The notes under the pieces: generated by a model
What the model was told of the DNA's origin: nothing
The model's database searches: none
The model's input: the letters and a program-made list of their open reading frames with translations, nothing else
DNA from: Chloroflexota bacterium
GTDB taxonomy: Bacteria > Chloroflexota > Dehalococcoidia > SHYB01
Direction: 5' to 3'
NCBI GenBank assembly: GCA_022572465.1
Contig: JACZVV010000001.1
Coordinates: 2,749-66,748, forward strand
DNA length: 64,000 bases
Program-made: the position numbers and the translations under genes
In this document: piece by piece, positions 1-9,336 of the stretch
Numbering within the stretch: the first letter of the stretch is position 1
How the letters are laid out: each line of letters begins with the position of its first letter

Positions 1-643
1 CGGCGCCGATGAAGCTGTCCTCGCCGGGGATGTTCAGCCGCCGGTACGTGGAGCCAGGCGTCAGCACCAGGGCATTGGCGCAGTAGGAGTCGCCGGAGGC
101 GGTGGTGATCAACTTGAAGCCGTCGCGGAAGGCGACGGCGGTAACCTCTTGGGCCACCAGCGTCTCGGCGCCGAAACGGCTCGCCTGCTTGGCCAGCCGG
201 TCGGCGAGGCTGGAGCCGCCGATGCCCTCTGGGAAGCCGGGCACGTTGTCCAGGTTCTCGGTGATCGCCGCTTGGCCGCCCAATGCTCCGCGGTCGATGA
301 CCAGCGTCGAGATGTCCTCTCGCGCCAGGTAGATGGCCGCGGTGAGGCCCGCGGGCCCGCCCCCGACGACGATGGTGTCGTAGAAGTCACCCCCGGCCCT
401 GGTCGTCATCCCCAGCTTGTCCATTAGCTCCCGCGGGCTGGGGTTGATGGAGAAGCTGCCGTCCTCGAACAGCACCGTGGGAATGGTGCGCCCGCCGTTC
501 TGGAGCTCCTCCAGCTTCTTTCGCCCATCCGCGTCCTCATCGATGTCGACGTTCTCGTACGGGAGTCGCTGCTCGCCGAGGAATTTCTTGAGTCGTTTGC
601 AGTAGGGGCACCAGACGGCGCTGAAAACCTTGATTCGCGGCAT
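1..643 (-). CDS. Glutaredoxin-like (CPYC) domain fused to thioredoxin-disulfide reductase; 3' end runs off the window start
   Basis: Reverse-strand translation from ATG at 643 gives MPRIKVFSAVWCPYCKRLKKFL... then GDFYDTIVVGGGPAGLTAAIYLARED (FAD-binding GGGPAG of TrxR). AGGAGG-like RBS 7 nt upstream. Not in the ORF track because no stop occurs before position 1. Confidence 0.8.
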   Translation of the reverse strand, partial: MPRIKVFSAVWCPYCKRLKKFLGEQRLPYENVDIDEDADGRKKLEELQNGGRTIPTVLFEDGSFSINPSPRELMDKLGMTTRAGGDFYDTIVVGGGPAGLTAAIYLAREDISTLVIDRGALGGQAAITENLDNVPGFPEGIGGSSLADRLAKQASRFGAETLVAQEVTAVAFRDGFKLITTASGDSYCANALVLTPGSTYRRLNIPGEDSFIGA

Positions 644-808
644 CGTTTCCCTCCTGGTCGGGGCCTCTGAATCGCCGGTGAGGCCGGGACTTCCCCGGCG
701 GTTATCTTCAAGACATCCCAGCACTCATTGGATTCGATGCACGCCTGACGGTCAAGGGTGAGTCTCCCGGCGCCAGCCACGCCGCCGGAACGATCGACTC
801 CGCCCCCG

Positions 809-3037
809 TCACTCGCCGGACGACTCGGTGGGCCGCGCCGCCGCCGGCTGCACGCGGACGTCGGGAAGCCAACGCAACCACGTTGGGAAGTACCAGTTGA
901 CGTTGCCCAGCAACCGCATCGTCGACGGCACCAGGACCATGCGGACGATGGTGGCGTCCAGCAAGATCGCCACGCCGAGCCCGAAGCCCATCTGCTCGAA
1001 ACTGACCAGCCGTCCACTGGCGAAGCCGCCGAAAACGGCCACCATGATGAAGGCCGCGCCTGTGATGATCTTGCCCGTCGAGCGAAGTCCGAAGGCGACG
1101 GAGTCGGCGTTGTCGCCGGTCCGGTCGAACCGCTCTCGGATCCGGCTCAGCATGAAGACGTGATAGTCCATCGACAGTCCGAACAGCACCGAGAACAGGA
1201 ACAACGGGATCCAGGCCTCAATCGTGTCCACTTGCTGGAATCCGAAGAAGCCGGTGGCAACGCCTTTCTGGAAGACCAGCACCAGCATGCCGTAAGCGGC
1301 GCCGACCGAAAGCAGATTGAGGATCATGGCCTTGATGGGCACGACGATGGACCGAAAGACCAGCGTCAACAGCAAGAACGTGAGGCCGAGAACGAAGCCG
1401 AAGACGACGGGCGTGATGTCGCTGATGAGGCGGAAAAAGTCGATGGCGAACGCCGTCTCGCCGGTGACCAGCACCTGGCCCGGCACACCGTCGAAAGCGT
1501 CGGGGACGTGCTGCCGGCGCAGGCGTTTGACCGCGTCGATGGCGGCATCACTGTTGGAATCGGCGTTGATGGGGACTGGGAGGAGGGCCAAGTCGCGGGC
1601 CGGATTCACCTCGAGCGGCAGCGGTGGAGCAAACGCGTCGTCTTGGGCCAGCGAGCGGGTCAGGCGGTCGATTCCAGCGCGAACTTCCGGTGAGTCGATA
1701 TCGCCGTCGATGACCACATCCGCCGGCGTGATGCGTCCCGCCGAGAAATCCCGGTCGAGGATCTGAAACCCCGTCTTCGATTGAAGTCCTTCGGGAAGCG
1801 TGTCGATGCCGGCGAACCCCGGGTTGATGTCGAAGTACGGCACGGCCGCGGCGATGAGCAGTCCTACCGACAGGGTCATACTGAGCAACGGCCTGCGCAT
1901 CACGGTGCGGGCGACCCAGTACCAGAATCCGCCGGCATCACTCTCGGCCGTGGCTGTCTGCTGCCTGCCGAAGAACGGAACCCGGAGCTTGTTGACCCGG
2001 TCGCCCACGATGCTCAGCACCGCCGGCAGAAGGGTCAGTGACGCCGCCACGGCCATGATGACGACCATGATGGAGCCCAAGCCCAGGCTCTGGAAGATGG
2101 TGGTGGGCACGATCACCATGCCGATCAGCGCCAGGACGACCGTCACCCCGCTGAACAGCACGGTCCGGCTGCCCGTCGCCCCGGCCCGGGCGATGGCCTC
2201 GACCTTTTCCAGACCACCCCGGCGCTCCTCGCGGTAACGCTCGACGATGAACAGCGAGTAGTCGATGCCCACGGCCAACCCGATCATCACGATCATGGTG
2301 GTGATGAAGAACGAGAGCTCGATAAACTGACCGACGACAGCGGCGAGGCCGAGGGCCATGACGATGGCGACAGCGGCCAGCAACAGCGGGAGCAGAGCGG
2401 CGGCGATTGTGCCAAAAACGGCTATCAGGATGATGAGGGCGATGACGATGCCAATGGTCTCTCCCTGCACCAGGTCTTCGCCGAGGATCTCGAACGTCTC
2501 CCGGCTGACGCTGGCGATGCCGGTGCTAAAGACCTCGAACCCGTCTGTCTCCATGGCGGCGGCGACCGTGTCGTGCACCCGATCCACGTTGTCGACGGCG
2601 TCGTCGAGATCGCCGGCCATGAGGAACGGAATGATGGTGGTGCGCCGGTCCGGCGAGACCAATGACGCGTCGCCGGTCAGGTAGAAATTGGCCGCGGAGC
2701 CCGGCTCGACGATCTCGGGGCCCAGCGAGGTGATTTCCTCGAACAGCCCGGTGACGAAGGCTCGAAACGCCGGATCGTCCACGCTCCGCTCCGTGGAGCG
2801 TACGATGACGATCTCCCGGGCCTGCCGCTCGTCGCGCAGGCGGTCGTCCAGCAGCAGGTCGCCGCGCTTGGACTCCGGTCTGTTGGTAAAGTCGATCTGC
2901 GATGTCAGCGCGTCGCCCAGGAGCGTCGCGATGAGGAGCAGAGCGGCGACGAACGCGATCGCCCACAGGGCCACGGTCGTCCAGGGCCTGCGCGCGCTCT
3001 GCCGGGCAAGGGACTCAGTGCTGAGACGAAAAGGCAT
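809..3037 (-). CDS. MMPL-family (RND superfamily) membrane transporter, MmpL-like exporter
   Basis: 742-aa ORF with two hydrophobic bundles separated by soluble loops, typical of MMPL/RND proteins (e.g. GLAVGIDYSLFIVERYREE, GLSMDYHVFMLSRIRE). Confidence 0.9.
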   Translation of the reverse strand: MPFRLSTESLARQSARRPWTTVALWAIAFVAALLLIATLLGDALTSQIDFTNRPESKRGDLLLDDRLRDERQAREIVIVRSTERSVDDPAFRAFVTGLFEEITSLGPEIVEPGSAANFYLTGDASLVSPDRRTTIIPFLMAGDLDDAVDNVDRVHDTVAAAMETDGFEVFSTGIASVSRETFEILGEDLVQGETIGIVIALIILIAVFGTIAAALLPLLLAAVAIVMALGLAAVVGQFIELSFFITTMIVMIGLAVGIDYSLFIVERYREERRGGLEKVEAIARAGATGSRTVLFSGVTVVLALIGMVIVPTTIFQSLGLGSIMVVIMAVAASLTLLPAVLSIVGDRVNKLRVPFFGRQQTATAESDAGGFWYWVARTVMRRPLLSMTLSVGLLIAAAVPYFDINPGFAGIDTLPEGLQSKTGFQILDRDFSAGRITPADVVIDGDIDSPEVRAGIDRLTRSLAQDDAFAPPLPLEVNPARDLALLPVPINADSNSDAAIDAVKRLRRQHVPDAFDGVPGQVLVTGETAFAIDFFRLISDITPVVFGFVLGLTFLLLTLVFRSIVVPIKAMILNLLSVGAAYGMLVLVFQKGVATGFFGFQQVDTIEAWIPLFLFSVLFGLSMDYHVFMLSRIRERFDRTGDNADSVAFGLRSTGKIITGAAFIMVAVFGGFASGRLVSFEQMGFGLGVAILLDATIVRMVLVPSTMRLLGNVNWYFPTWLRWLPDVRVQPAAARPTESSGE

Positions 3038-3055
3038 GTCGCTCCTCTCGGGAAT

Positions 3056-3617
3056 CTACCGCTTCTGCCATACCGACTCGTACCGGTTCTCGATGAGCAT
3101 CCGGGATAGCGAGGCGTGGAGCTTGGAAAACCGTCCGTTGTATAGATTCGATTCGATGTCACTGAGCCGCCGTCCGTCCCACACGCGAAAGATCGACCTC
3201 CCGATAGTGGTCAGCAGCGTTGGCAAGACAAGATCGACGTAGACGAAATAGCCGCCCGGCCTCTGGACTCGATGGGTCTCCTTCACGGCGTCGAGCCAGT
3301 TGGGCGATGTGCTGCTGATGGCAGTGCTCGCAGCTGGCGGCGATGATTGCTTACTTGCCAGAGCATTACCGGTGCATCGCGCCGGCGCTCAGGTCCGCTT
3401 CCCGGCAGATGTCTTGCATCGTGGTCTGGCGGAACCCCTGGCCAGCGAAGCACGCGAAGGCGGCGTCGAGGATCTGCCGGCGGCGCGCTTCCAGGTGAGC
3501 CTGGGTAATCTTTGGCACGGAGTACGTCCTTGCACAGCGAATGCTCGTTCGATTTGTAAACGAACGTTCCTTCTTTTTATTACTGGCGTGTGTGCGTGTC
3601 AATCCCCCGCTGGCCAA
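3056..3617 (-). pseudogene. TetR-family transcriptional regulator disrupted by a frameshift/stop near 3366
   Basis: N-terminal HTH (ITQAHLEARRRQILDAAFACFAGQGFRQTTMQDICREADLSAGAMHR) ends in TAA at 3366. A TetR-like C-terminal domain continues in another frame (ORF 3056..3286). Likely start is GTG near 3518. Sits immediately upstream of the MmpL gene. Confidence 0.5.
3546..3566. promoter_or_regulatory. Imperfect palindrome CGTTCGATTTGTAAACGAACG in the TetR upstream region; candidate operator
   Basis: Inverted arms CGTTCG/CGAACG around an AT-rich centre, located between the methyltransferase stop and the TetR start. Confidence 0.25.
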
Positions 3618-3777
3618 TTTCGAACGAATCCACCTGCGTCTGCGTCACTCGGCGGCGCGGGTGCTTGGCGCGGCCCGATGTGGCTCGACGACAACGAAGT
3701 CGAGAGGCACGCTTCAACGCGGCGCGGCGCGATGGGACGGCGGGGAGTCTCGCGGGCGCGTGAGGCAGGGAGCGACG

Positions 3778-4575
3778 CTACGCCGGCTTGCGGGCGACCA
3801 CCAGGCCGTAGCTCAGCGCACCCTGCGTGACGAGGTCGAGGGTCTTGCGCAGCAGGTCCTTGGCCCGGTCCACCAGCGACGGCTCGATGGGAAGCTTGCC
3901 GAGTTTGGCCCCTATTTCGGCGATCAGGAGCTTGTCTCGGAGGCCCTTCAGGAACTGGGCGGCGACGGTCTGCAGGTCTTCGGTGTGCTCGACGACGAGG
4001 CCGGTCCCGGAAACCAGGTCCCGGTACTCTTCGAGGCTCTTTGCGTCGCCGACGCACCCGGCCACGGCCAGGATGCCGTGCAGCTCTGGCGGCAGGGGGC
4101 CTTCGACGGTAACGTCGGTCAGTCCCAGGCGTCCGCCGGGCCGGAGCGTTTCTGCAACCAAGCGAAGCGCCCCCTCCTTGTCAGGCAGAATGGAGAGCAC
4201 GCACTCCATGATCGCGGCGTCGAAGCTGCCCGGCTCGAGGGAGGCGTGGTACAGGTCGCCCTGGATGAACGTCGTTCGCTGCTCGACGCCGCTCTCCCGG
4301 GCCTGGGCGCGGGCGGCCTCGACCAGGTCCGTCTCCAGGGTGACGCCGACGACGTGGCAGCCGAAGCTCTTCGCCAGGTGCACCGAGCTGGCGCCCCGTC
4401 CGCAGCCGAGGTCCAGCACGCGAGCGCCACCCTCGATCCCGGCCAACTCCACCAGGCGGGACGTGAGGGCGAGGCCGCCGGGGTGATAGGAATCGCCCAA
4501 GAGCCAGCGAGCCGCTGGGTGGCTGTAGGCGGCCGAGCAACAGCCGGCCAGGTCGAGGTCATTGGGCAGGGTCAT
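3778..4575 (-). CDS. Class I SAM-dependent methyltransferase
   Basis: 265 aa; motif I VLDLGCGRGASSVHLA and acidic motif II. N-terminal Cys pair (AGCCSAAY). Overlaps the upstream SRPBCC gene by 17 nt. Confidence 0.8.
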   Translation of the reverse strand: MTLPNDLDLAGCCSAAYSHPAARWLLGDSYHPGGLALTSRLVELAGIEGGARVLDLGCGRGASSVHLAKSFGCHVVGVTLETDLVEAARAQARESGVEQRTTFIQGDLYHASLEPGSFDAAIMECVLSILPDKEGALRLVAETLRPGGRLGLTDVTVEGPLPPELHGILAVAGCVGDAKSLEEYRDLVSGTGLVVEHTEDLQTVAAQFLKGLRDKLLIAEIGAKLGKLPIEPSLVDRAKDLLRKTLDLVTQGALSYGLVVARKPA

Positions 4576-5098
4576 CGGCTCCCTCCGGCGTCGGGCAGGG
4601 CTGCTGCGGGTAGATTTTGCTGCGCCTGGCCCGGCTCTCGATGGTCTCTTTCATCTCGATCAGATGGTGGCGCATGAAGCGCTTCAACATGGGCGCGACG
4701 TACAGCTTGCCGACCAGCCACCCGGCGAGCCATCCTCGCACGCCGAACGTGCTCTCGTAACGCATGCGGGTGCAGGCCCCCCACTCCTCGAGGACGAAGC
4801 GATCGCGCAGCAGCGGCAACGGCCCCTGCTCCCCGGTAAAATCGATGCGGTCCGGCTCGTGAGTCGTGACCCACTCGACGGTGCGGTGGACGTTTGTCCT
4901 GCCGAACAGCCCTTTGATCGGCGTACGAAACTCGATGAGCTTGCGGGCGCCGTCCTCGCGCAGGACTCGCGAGCCGGACTCGCCGCCGGGACCCGCGGCG
5001 CCCCAGGCCGTCAGCACCTGGAACGCCAGCCGCCGGTCGGCCTGGATCTCGATCTCGGCCGCGGGCAGGCGGATGGGGACGGGCCATAACGACCACAT
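4559..5098 (-). CDS. SRPBCC (Bet v1 / polyketide-cyclase-like) ligand-binding protein
   Basis: Conserved part of ORF 4559..5431 starts at MWSLWPVPIRLP (ATG about 5098), 8 nt after the radical-SAM stop. The N-terminal 110 aa of the track ORF are a low-complexity shadow. Confidence 0.7.
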   Translation of the reverse strand: MWSLWPVPIRLPAAEIEIQADRRLAFQVLTAWGAAGPGGESGSRVLREDGARKLIEFRTPIKGLFGRTNVHRTVEWVTTHEPDRIDFTGEQGPLPLLRDRFVLEEWGACTRMRYESTFGVRGWLAGWLVGKLYVAPMLKRFMRHHLIEMKETIESRARRSKIYPQQPCPTPEGADDPAQ

Positions 5099-5106
5099 GC
5101 CGTTGC

Positions 5107-6642
5107 TTACCCGGCGGTCTTCGCCTGGTTGAACCGCGCGAGGGCCGACCGCACGCGCTCTTTGCTCAACGCCTCGCGGACCTCCTCTCGATACCCGACG
5201 TTGTTGTAGGCGCAGAATGGGATCATGCGGCCGTCGGGCGTGAGAAACTCGACGCAGCATTTCATGAGTTTCTTCACGTCGAAGGTGTAGCGGTCCATGA
5301 AGTCCTTGATGCTCACGACGAAGATGTGCTTGGTCAGATTGTGGCCGTCCAGGGGCAGATCGATGTTGCACGTGGCGCAGCTGAACTTGTCGGCGACGCC
5401 GTCGGTCCCCGGCACCGCGGTGGCCGACCACAGCCCCTCCAGCGCCTCCTGGATGTTTTCGCCCGAATCGGGCCAGGGGATGGGCCAGGTGCGATTGGTG
5501 ATGTAGTCCAGGTACTCGTCGACGTTGATCAGGCGCGGCAGCGGGACCACCTCTTCACCGTCCACGTAAGCATACGTGATCGACTGGCAGGCCGGGTGGC
5601 AGCACGGCACCGGCACGAAGTCGCTCTTGACGAACGTGCCGCCGGTCTGGGCTTCGATGCGTTCGACGATCTCGGAGATCGTCACCCGGTCCATGGGGTC
5701 GAAGGGCAGGTGACGGCCGGTGTGGGTCACCGGCTGGAAGTTCACCCCTCGGACCGCCGGATGCTTCAGGCCGAACTCGATGATGCCGCCCACCTCGTGC
5801 TCGTTGACCCCTCGTTCGACGGCGGCGACGAGGATGGTCGGCAGGTCCAGCTCCGCCAGCCGGTCCAGGGCCGCCAGCTTCTCGTCGAGCAGCGCCTCGC
5901 CGCGCAGTTTCACATAGGTCTCGTCCTCCAGTCCGTCGAACTGGAGGTAGATCATCGGCCGCAGCTCGCCCAGGCGGCGCGCCCACTCGGCGTCCCGGGC
6001 AATGCGCCGCCCGTTGGTGTTGATCATCACATGGCGGATGCCCTTCTCCTGGGCCATGCGGACCATCTCGAACAGTTGAGGGTGCAGCGTGGGCTCGCCT
6101 CCACTAAACTGCAACACTTCAGGATCGCCCTCGGCCCGGACGAAGGTATCCAGCATGCGTTCGACCTGGTCCAACGTCAGGTTGTAACCGGGGCCGGCGT
6201 CGGCGAAGCAGGTGGGACACGCCAGGTTGCAGCCGGTGTTGACCTCGATCAGGGCCAGGCACGTGTGTTGCTTGTGCTCGGGGCAAAGGCCGCAGTCGTA
6301 CGGGCAGCCGTCCTTGACCTCGGTCTGGTACTCGAGAGGGATCGTGCCCGGTTTGTTGTACTTCAGCGAGTTGACATAACCTTCAGCGTCGGTGGACAGC
6401 AGCGCCTCGAACCGGCCGTGGTCGGGGCAGCGTTTTCGCAGGTACACCTTGTTGTTTTTCAGGTGAATCTCGCCGTCGATCAAGGCGTTGCATTCGGGAC
6501 ACAAGCTGCGAGTCAGCTCGTAGAAGATGGAATCGGCGGTTCGTTTCTCCGGGATGGCGCTACCGTGGGTCACAGCACGGCTCCTTTTTTGCCGCCGGTT
6601 GCCCGGCGCAGCGTTGAACTCGACGCACCCATGCGGCCCCAT
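5107..6642 (-). CDS. Radical SAM enzyme with N-terminal 4-Cys zinc-ribbon and C-terminal Cys-rich auxiliary domain
   Basis: 511 aa; CNLACPTCF (CxxxCxxC) and GGEPTL glycine motif. N-terminal CPEC...CPDHG. C-terminal CCHPAC, CATC, KCC...FCAYN clusters. Confidence 0.85.
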   Translation of the reverse strand: MGPHGCVEFNAAPGNRRQKRSRAVTHGSAIPEKRTADSIFYELTRSLCPECNALIDGEIHLKNNKVYLRKRCPDHGRFEALLSTDAEGYVNSLKYNKPGTIPLEYQTEVKDGCPYDCGLCPEHKQHTCLALIEVNTGCNLACPTCFADAGPGYNLTLDQVERMLDTFVRAEGDPEVLQFSGGEPTLHPQLFEMVRMAQEKGIRHVMINTNGRRIARDAEWARRLGELRPMIYLQFDGLEDETYVKLRGEALLDEKLAALDRLAELDLPTILVAAVERGVNEHEVGGIIEFGLKHPAVRGVNFQPVTHTGRHLPFDPMDRVTISEIVERIEAQTGGTFVKSDFVPVPCCHPACQSITYAYVDGEEVVPLPRLINVDEYLDYITNRTWPIPWPDSGENIQEALEGLWSATAVPGTDGVADKFSCATCNIDLPLDGHNLTKHIFVVSIKDFMDRYTFDVKKLMKCCVEFLTPDGRMIPFCAYNNVGYREEVREALSKERVRSALARFNQAKTAG

Positions 6643-6760
6643 GTCCTACTGGAGGGCGGAGGGTTCTGGGCGAATCGCTGCATGATTCGATGCGTGGATC
6701 TGGAAGAAAGATTCTCGGCCGGGTTCGCGGAGCCACCCACGCTCGCCGGCTTCCAGGAGA

Positions 6761-8602
6761 TCACACGGCTGCTCGTTGCACCGCCTTCCGGAGCTGGACC
6801 GCGGTATTGATCACCGCCACATGGGTGAAGGCCTGGGGGAAGTTTCCCAGCATCTCGCCGGTTTCCGGGAGCACCTCTTCGCTGAACAGGCCCAGGTCGT
6901 TGGCGTGGCCCAGCAGGTTCTCGAACATGGCCCGGGCCCGGTCCGTCTCGCCGAGCAAGATCAGGTTGTCGGCCAGCCAGAAGGAGCACAGCGTGAACGC
7001 CCCCTCCTGGCCTCCAATTCCATCGTCGTAGTCCCGGTAACGGTAGACCAGCCCCGAAGGGCTGGTCAGCTCTTGGGCGGTCTTCTCGATGGTGGAGCGC
7101 ATGCGGGGATCGGTGGCCTTGATGAACCTGACCAGGGGAAGCATCAGGTTCGAGGCGTCCAGGGTCTTGCTGCCGTAGTGCTGGACGAAAGCCCCCACTT
7201 CGGGGTCGTACCCCTTTTCCAGCACTTCCTGCCGGATCTCCTCCATCACCGCCCGCCATTGCATGACGTCTCCGTCGCGCCCTGTGTCGCGCACCGTCAG
7301 CACGGCCCGGTGCAGCGCCACCCAGCACATCACCTTGGAGAACACGAAGTGCTGCCGCCCCCCTCGCGTCTCCCAGATCCCGTCGTCGGGCTCCTTCCAG
7401 TGGTCCATGACGAACTGGGCCACGTCGCGGCAGAACTCCCAGTACTCATCGTCAAACCCGCCGACGTATTTGCGGTAGAGGTGTGCCGAGTCCAGCACCT
7501 CCCCGTAGATGTCCAGCTGAAACTGCGAGTGGGCCCCGTTGCCGATCCGCACCGGGCGTGAGCGGCGATAGCCCTCCAGGTGAGGGAGCTCGATCTCCGT
7601 AAGGCGCCGCTCTCCCCCGAGCCCGTACATCACCTGGAGGTCGGCTGCTCGTCCCGCGGTGGCCCGCTCGAGCCAGTCTTTGAACGCTCGGGCTTCGTCC
7701 ACGAAGCCGACGATGTTCAACGCGTAGAGGGCGAAGGCGGCATCACGGATCCAAGTGTACCGATAGTCCCAGTTGCGGGATCCACCGATGGCCTCGGGCA
7801 ACGACGTGGTAGCCGCGGCTACCAGGCCGCCGGTGGGCGCGTAGGTCAGCGCCTTCAGCGTGAGGACGCTGCGCAGGACGTCGTCCCGATACGGGCCCTC
7901 GTACGTCAGCTTCGCCGACCACTCCTCCCAGAAACGTTTGGTGTCCTCGAAACGGAGCTTGACCTCCGCGCTGCCCAGCACCTCGATTTCGTGATTGGTG
8001 GGGTGCGAGTAACGAGCCGAAAAGTAGGCCGTGCTGCCCGAGTCCATCCGCCCTCTCGCTACGAAGCCGTTGTCCTCCACCTCCATCGGCGCGGAGCTAT
8101 AAAACGCCAGGGCGTCGGCCCCTCCATGGGCGTAACCGGAGTGGGGGTTGAGGGTCATCGCGTGGGGAACGATGGCGCCGTAGTCGAAACGGGGCTGACA
8201 GACAGCCTCGAATTCCACCGACCCCGATGTGCACTTCAGAATGCGCCCGATCTGTTGCTCCGGGAAGATCTCGTTCGGATCGCCGGGGCGGTCGTGGCCG
8301 TGGGCCGGCATGAAGTCTGTCAGCACCGCCGTTCCCTTCTTCGTGTGGAACGTCGTCTCGAGAATATTCGTCGCCGGCAGGTAGCGGCGGGTGGTCCGCA
8401 CCGTATCCAGAGGCCGCACCGTGAAATGGCCGCCAATGTTTTTGTCCAACAGGCGCCCGAAAACCGACCGGCTATCGAAACGCGGGAAGCAGGCCCAGTC
8501 CACCGAGCCGTCGGAGGAGACCAGGGCGCAGGAGTGAGCGTCGCCGATCAGGCCATAGTCGCTGATGGGGCGGTAGCCGTCGTTGGAGTCGGATGGGCTC
8601 AT
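6761..8602 (-). CDS. Glycoside hydrolase family 15 (glucoamylase/trehalase-like)
   Basis: 613 aa with GH15-typical (alpha/alpha)6 catalytic-domain signatures (WIRDAAF, NWDYRYTWIRD, general acid/base Glu region). Stop overlaps the pgl start by 4 nt. Confidence 0.85.
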   Translation of the reverse strand: MSPSDSNDGYRPISDYGLIGDAHSCALVSSDGSVDWACFPRFDSRSVFGRLLDKNIGGHFTVRPLDTVRTTRRYLPATNILETTFHTKKGTAVLTDFMPAHGHDRPGDPNEIFPEQQIGRILKCTSGSVEFEAVCQPRFDYGAIVPHAMTLNPHSGYAHGGADALAFYSSAPMEVEDNGFVARGRMDSGSTAYFSARYSHPTNHEIEVLGSAEVKLRFEDTKRFWEEWSAKLTYEGPYRDDVLRSVLTLKALTYAPTGGLVAAATTSLPEAIGGSRNWDYRYTWIRDAAFALYALNIVGFVDEARAFKDWLERATAGRAADLQVMYGLGGERRLTEIELPHLEGYRRSRPVRIGNGAHSQFQLDIYGEVLDSAHLYRKYVGGFDDEYWEFCRDVAQFVMDHWKEPDDGIWETRGGRQHFVFSKVMCWVALHRAVLTVRDTGRDGDVMQWRAVMEEIRQEVLEKGYDPEVGAFVQHYGSKTLDASNLMLPLVRFIKATDPRMRSTIEKTAQELTSPSGLVYRYRDYDDGIGGQEGAFTLCSFWLADNLILLGETDRARAMFENLLGHANDLGLFSEEVLPETGEMLGNFPQAFTHVAVINTAVQLRKAVQRAAV

Positions 8603-9336
8603 GCGGTGACCCTGGAGAGCTGTTGAGCCGCATCGGTGGTCAGGAACCAGTGGAGCGCGCCCGAGGCCGGCTTCACCAACCCAGCGGGCGCCGCCGTTTC
8701 ACCCGCGCGCGGCTCGATGCTCTTCCTCACCGCCTCGGCCTTGCTGCCGTCGCTGGCGAGGAACGCGACGGCCCGGGCGGCGTTGATCAGCGGCAGCGTG
8801 AACGTCAGGCGGTACGTTCCAAGGTGGCGGGTCCGCGTGGCGACCACATGCCGGCGCCGCTCTTCCAGCGCCGCGCTGCCGGGGAAGAGCGAGGCCGTGT
8901 GGCCGTCGTCGCCGATGCCCAGGAGCACCAGGTCCAGCTCCGGCGTTCCATCCCCCAACACCCCCGCCAGCTCTGCCTCATACCGCTCCGCCGCTTCCTC
9001 CGGCGGCTCCTCGCCGCGCATCCTGTGGACCTGTGACGGGGGCACGGGAACGCTGTCGAGCAACGCCTCTTTCGCCAGGCGATAGTTGCTGCTCGGGTCC
9101 TCGGGCGGCACGCAGCGTTCGTCTCCCCAGAAGACGTGCCATCGGTCCCATCGCGCCTGCGAGGCGTAGGGCGGGCCGGCCAGGATTTCATAGACTCGCC
9201 GGGGCGTGGACCCGCCGGAAAGCGCGATCGTGAATCGGCCTCGGTCGGCGATGGCTTGGCCGGCCCATCGGGCGATGAACCCGGCCAGAGCCCGGGCATT
9301 CTTTTCAGGCGTCGCGACGACGTGCAGTTTACACAT
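8599..9336 (-). CDS. pgl: 6-phosphogluconolactonase
   Basis: [25 protein letters not shown] and [16 protein letters not shown] motifs. Start taken at the internal Met (MCKLHVV); overlaps zwf by 8 nt. Confidence 0.8.
   Translation of the reverse strand: MCKLHVVATPEKNARALAGFIARWAGQAIADRGRFTIALSGGSTPRRVYEILAGPPYASQARWDRWHVFWGDERCVPPEDPSSNYRLAKEALLDSVPVPPSQVHRMRGEEPPEEAAERYEAELAGVLGDGTPELDLVLLGIGDDGHTASLFPGSAALEERRRHVVATRTRHLGTYRLTFTLPLINAARAVAFLASDGSKAEAVRKSIEPRAGETAAPAGLVKPASGALHWFLTTDAAQQLSRVTA

Noticed and set aside
4119-4562. Alternative-frame ORFs overlapping the methyltransferase (4119..4562, 4181..4540, 3827..4486)
   Set aside because: Same-locus alternative frames of a gene with clear SAM-methyltransferase motifs, so they are not independent genes.
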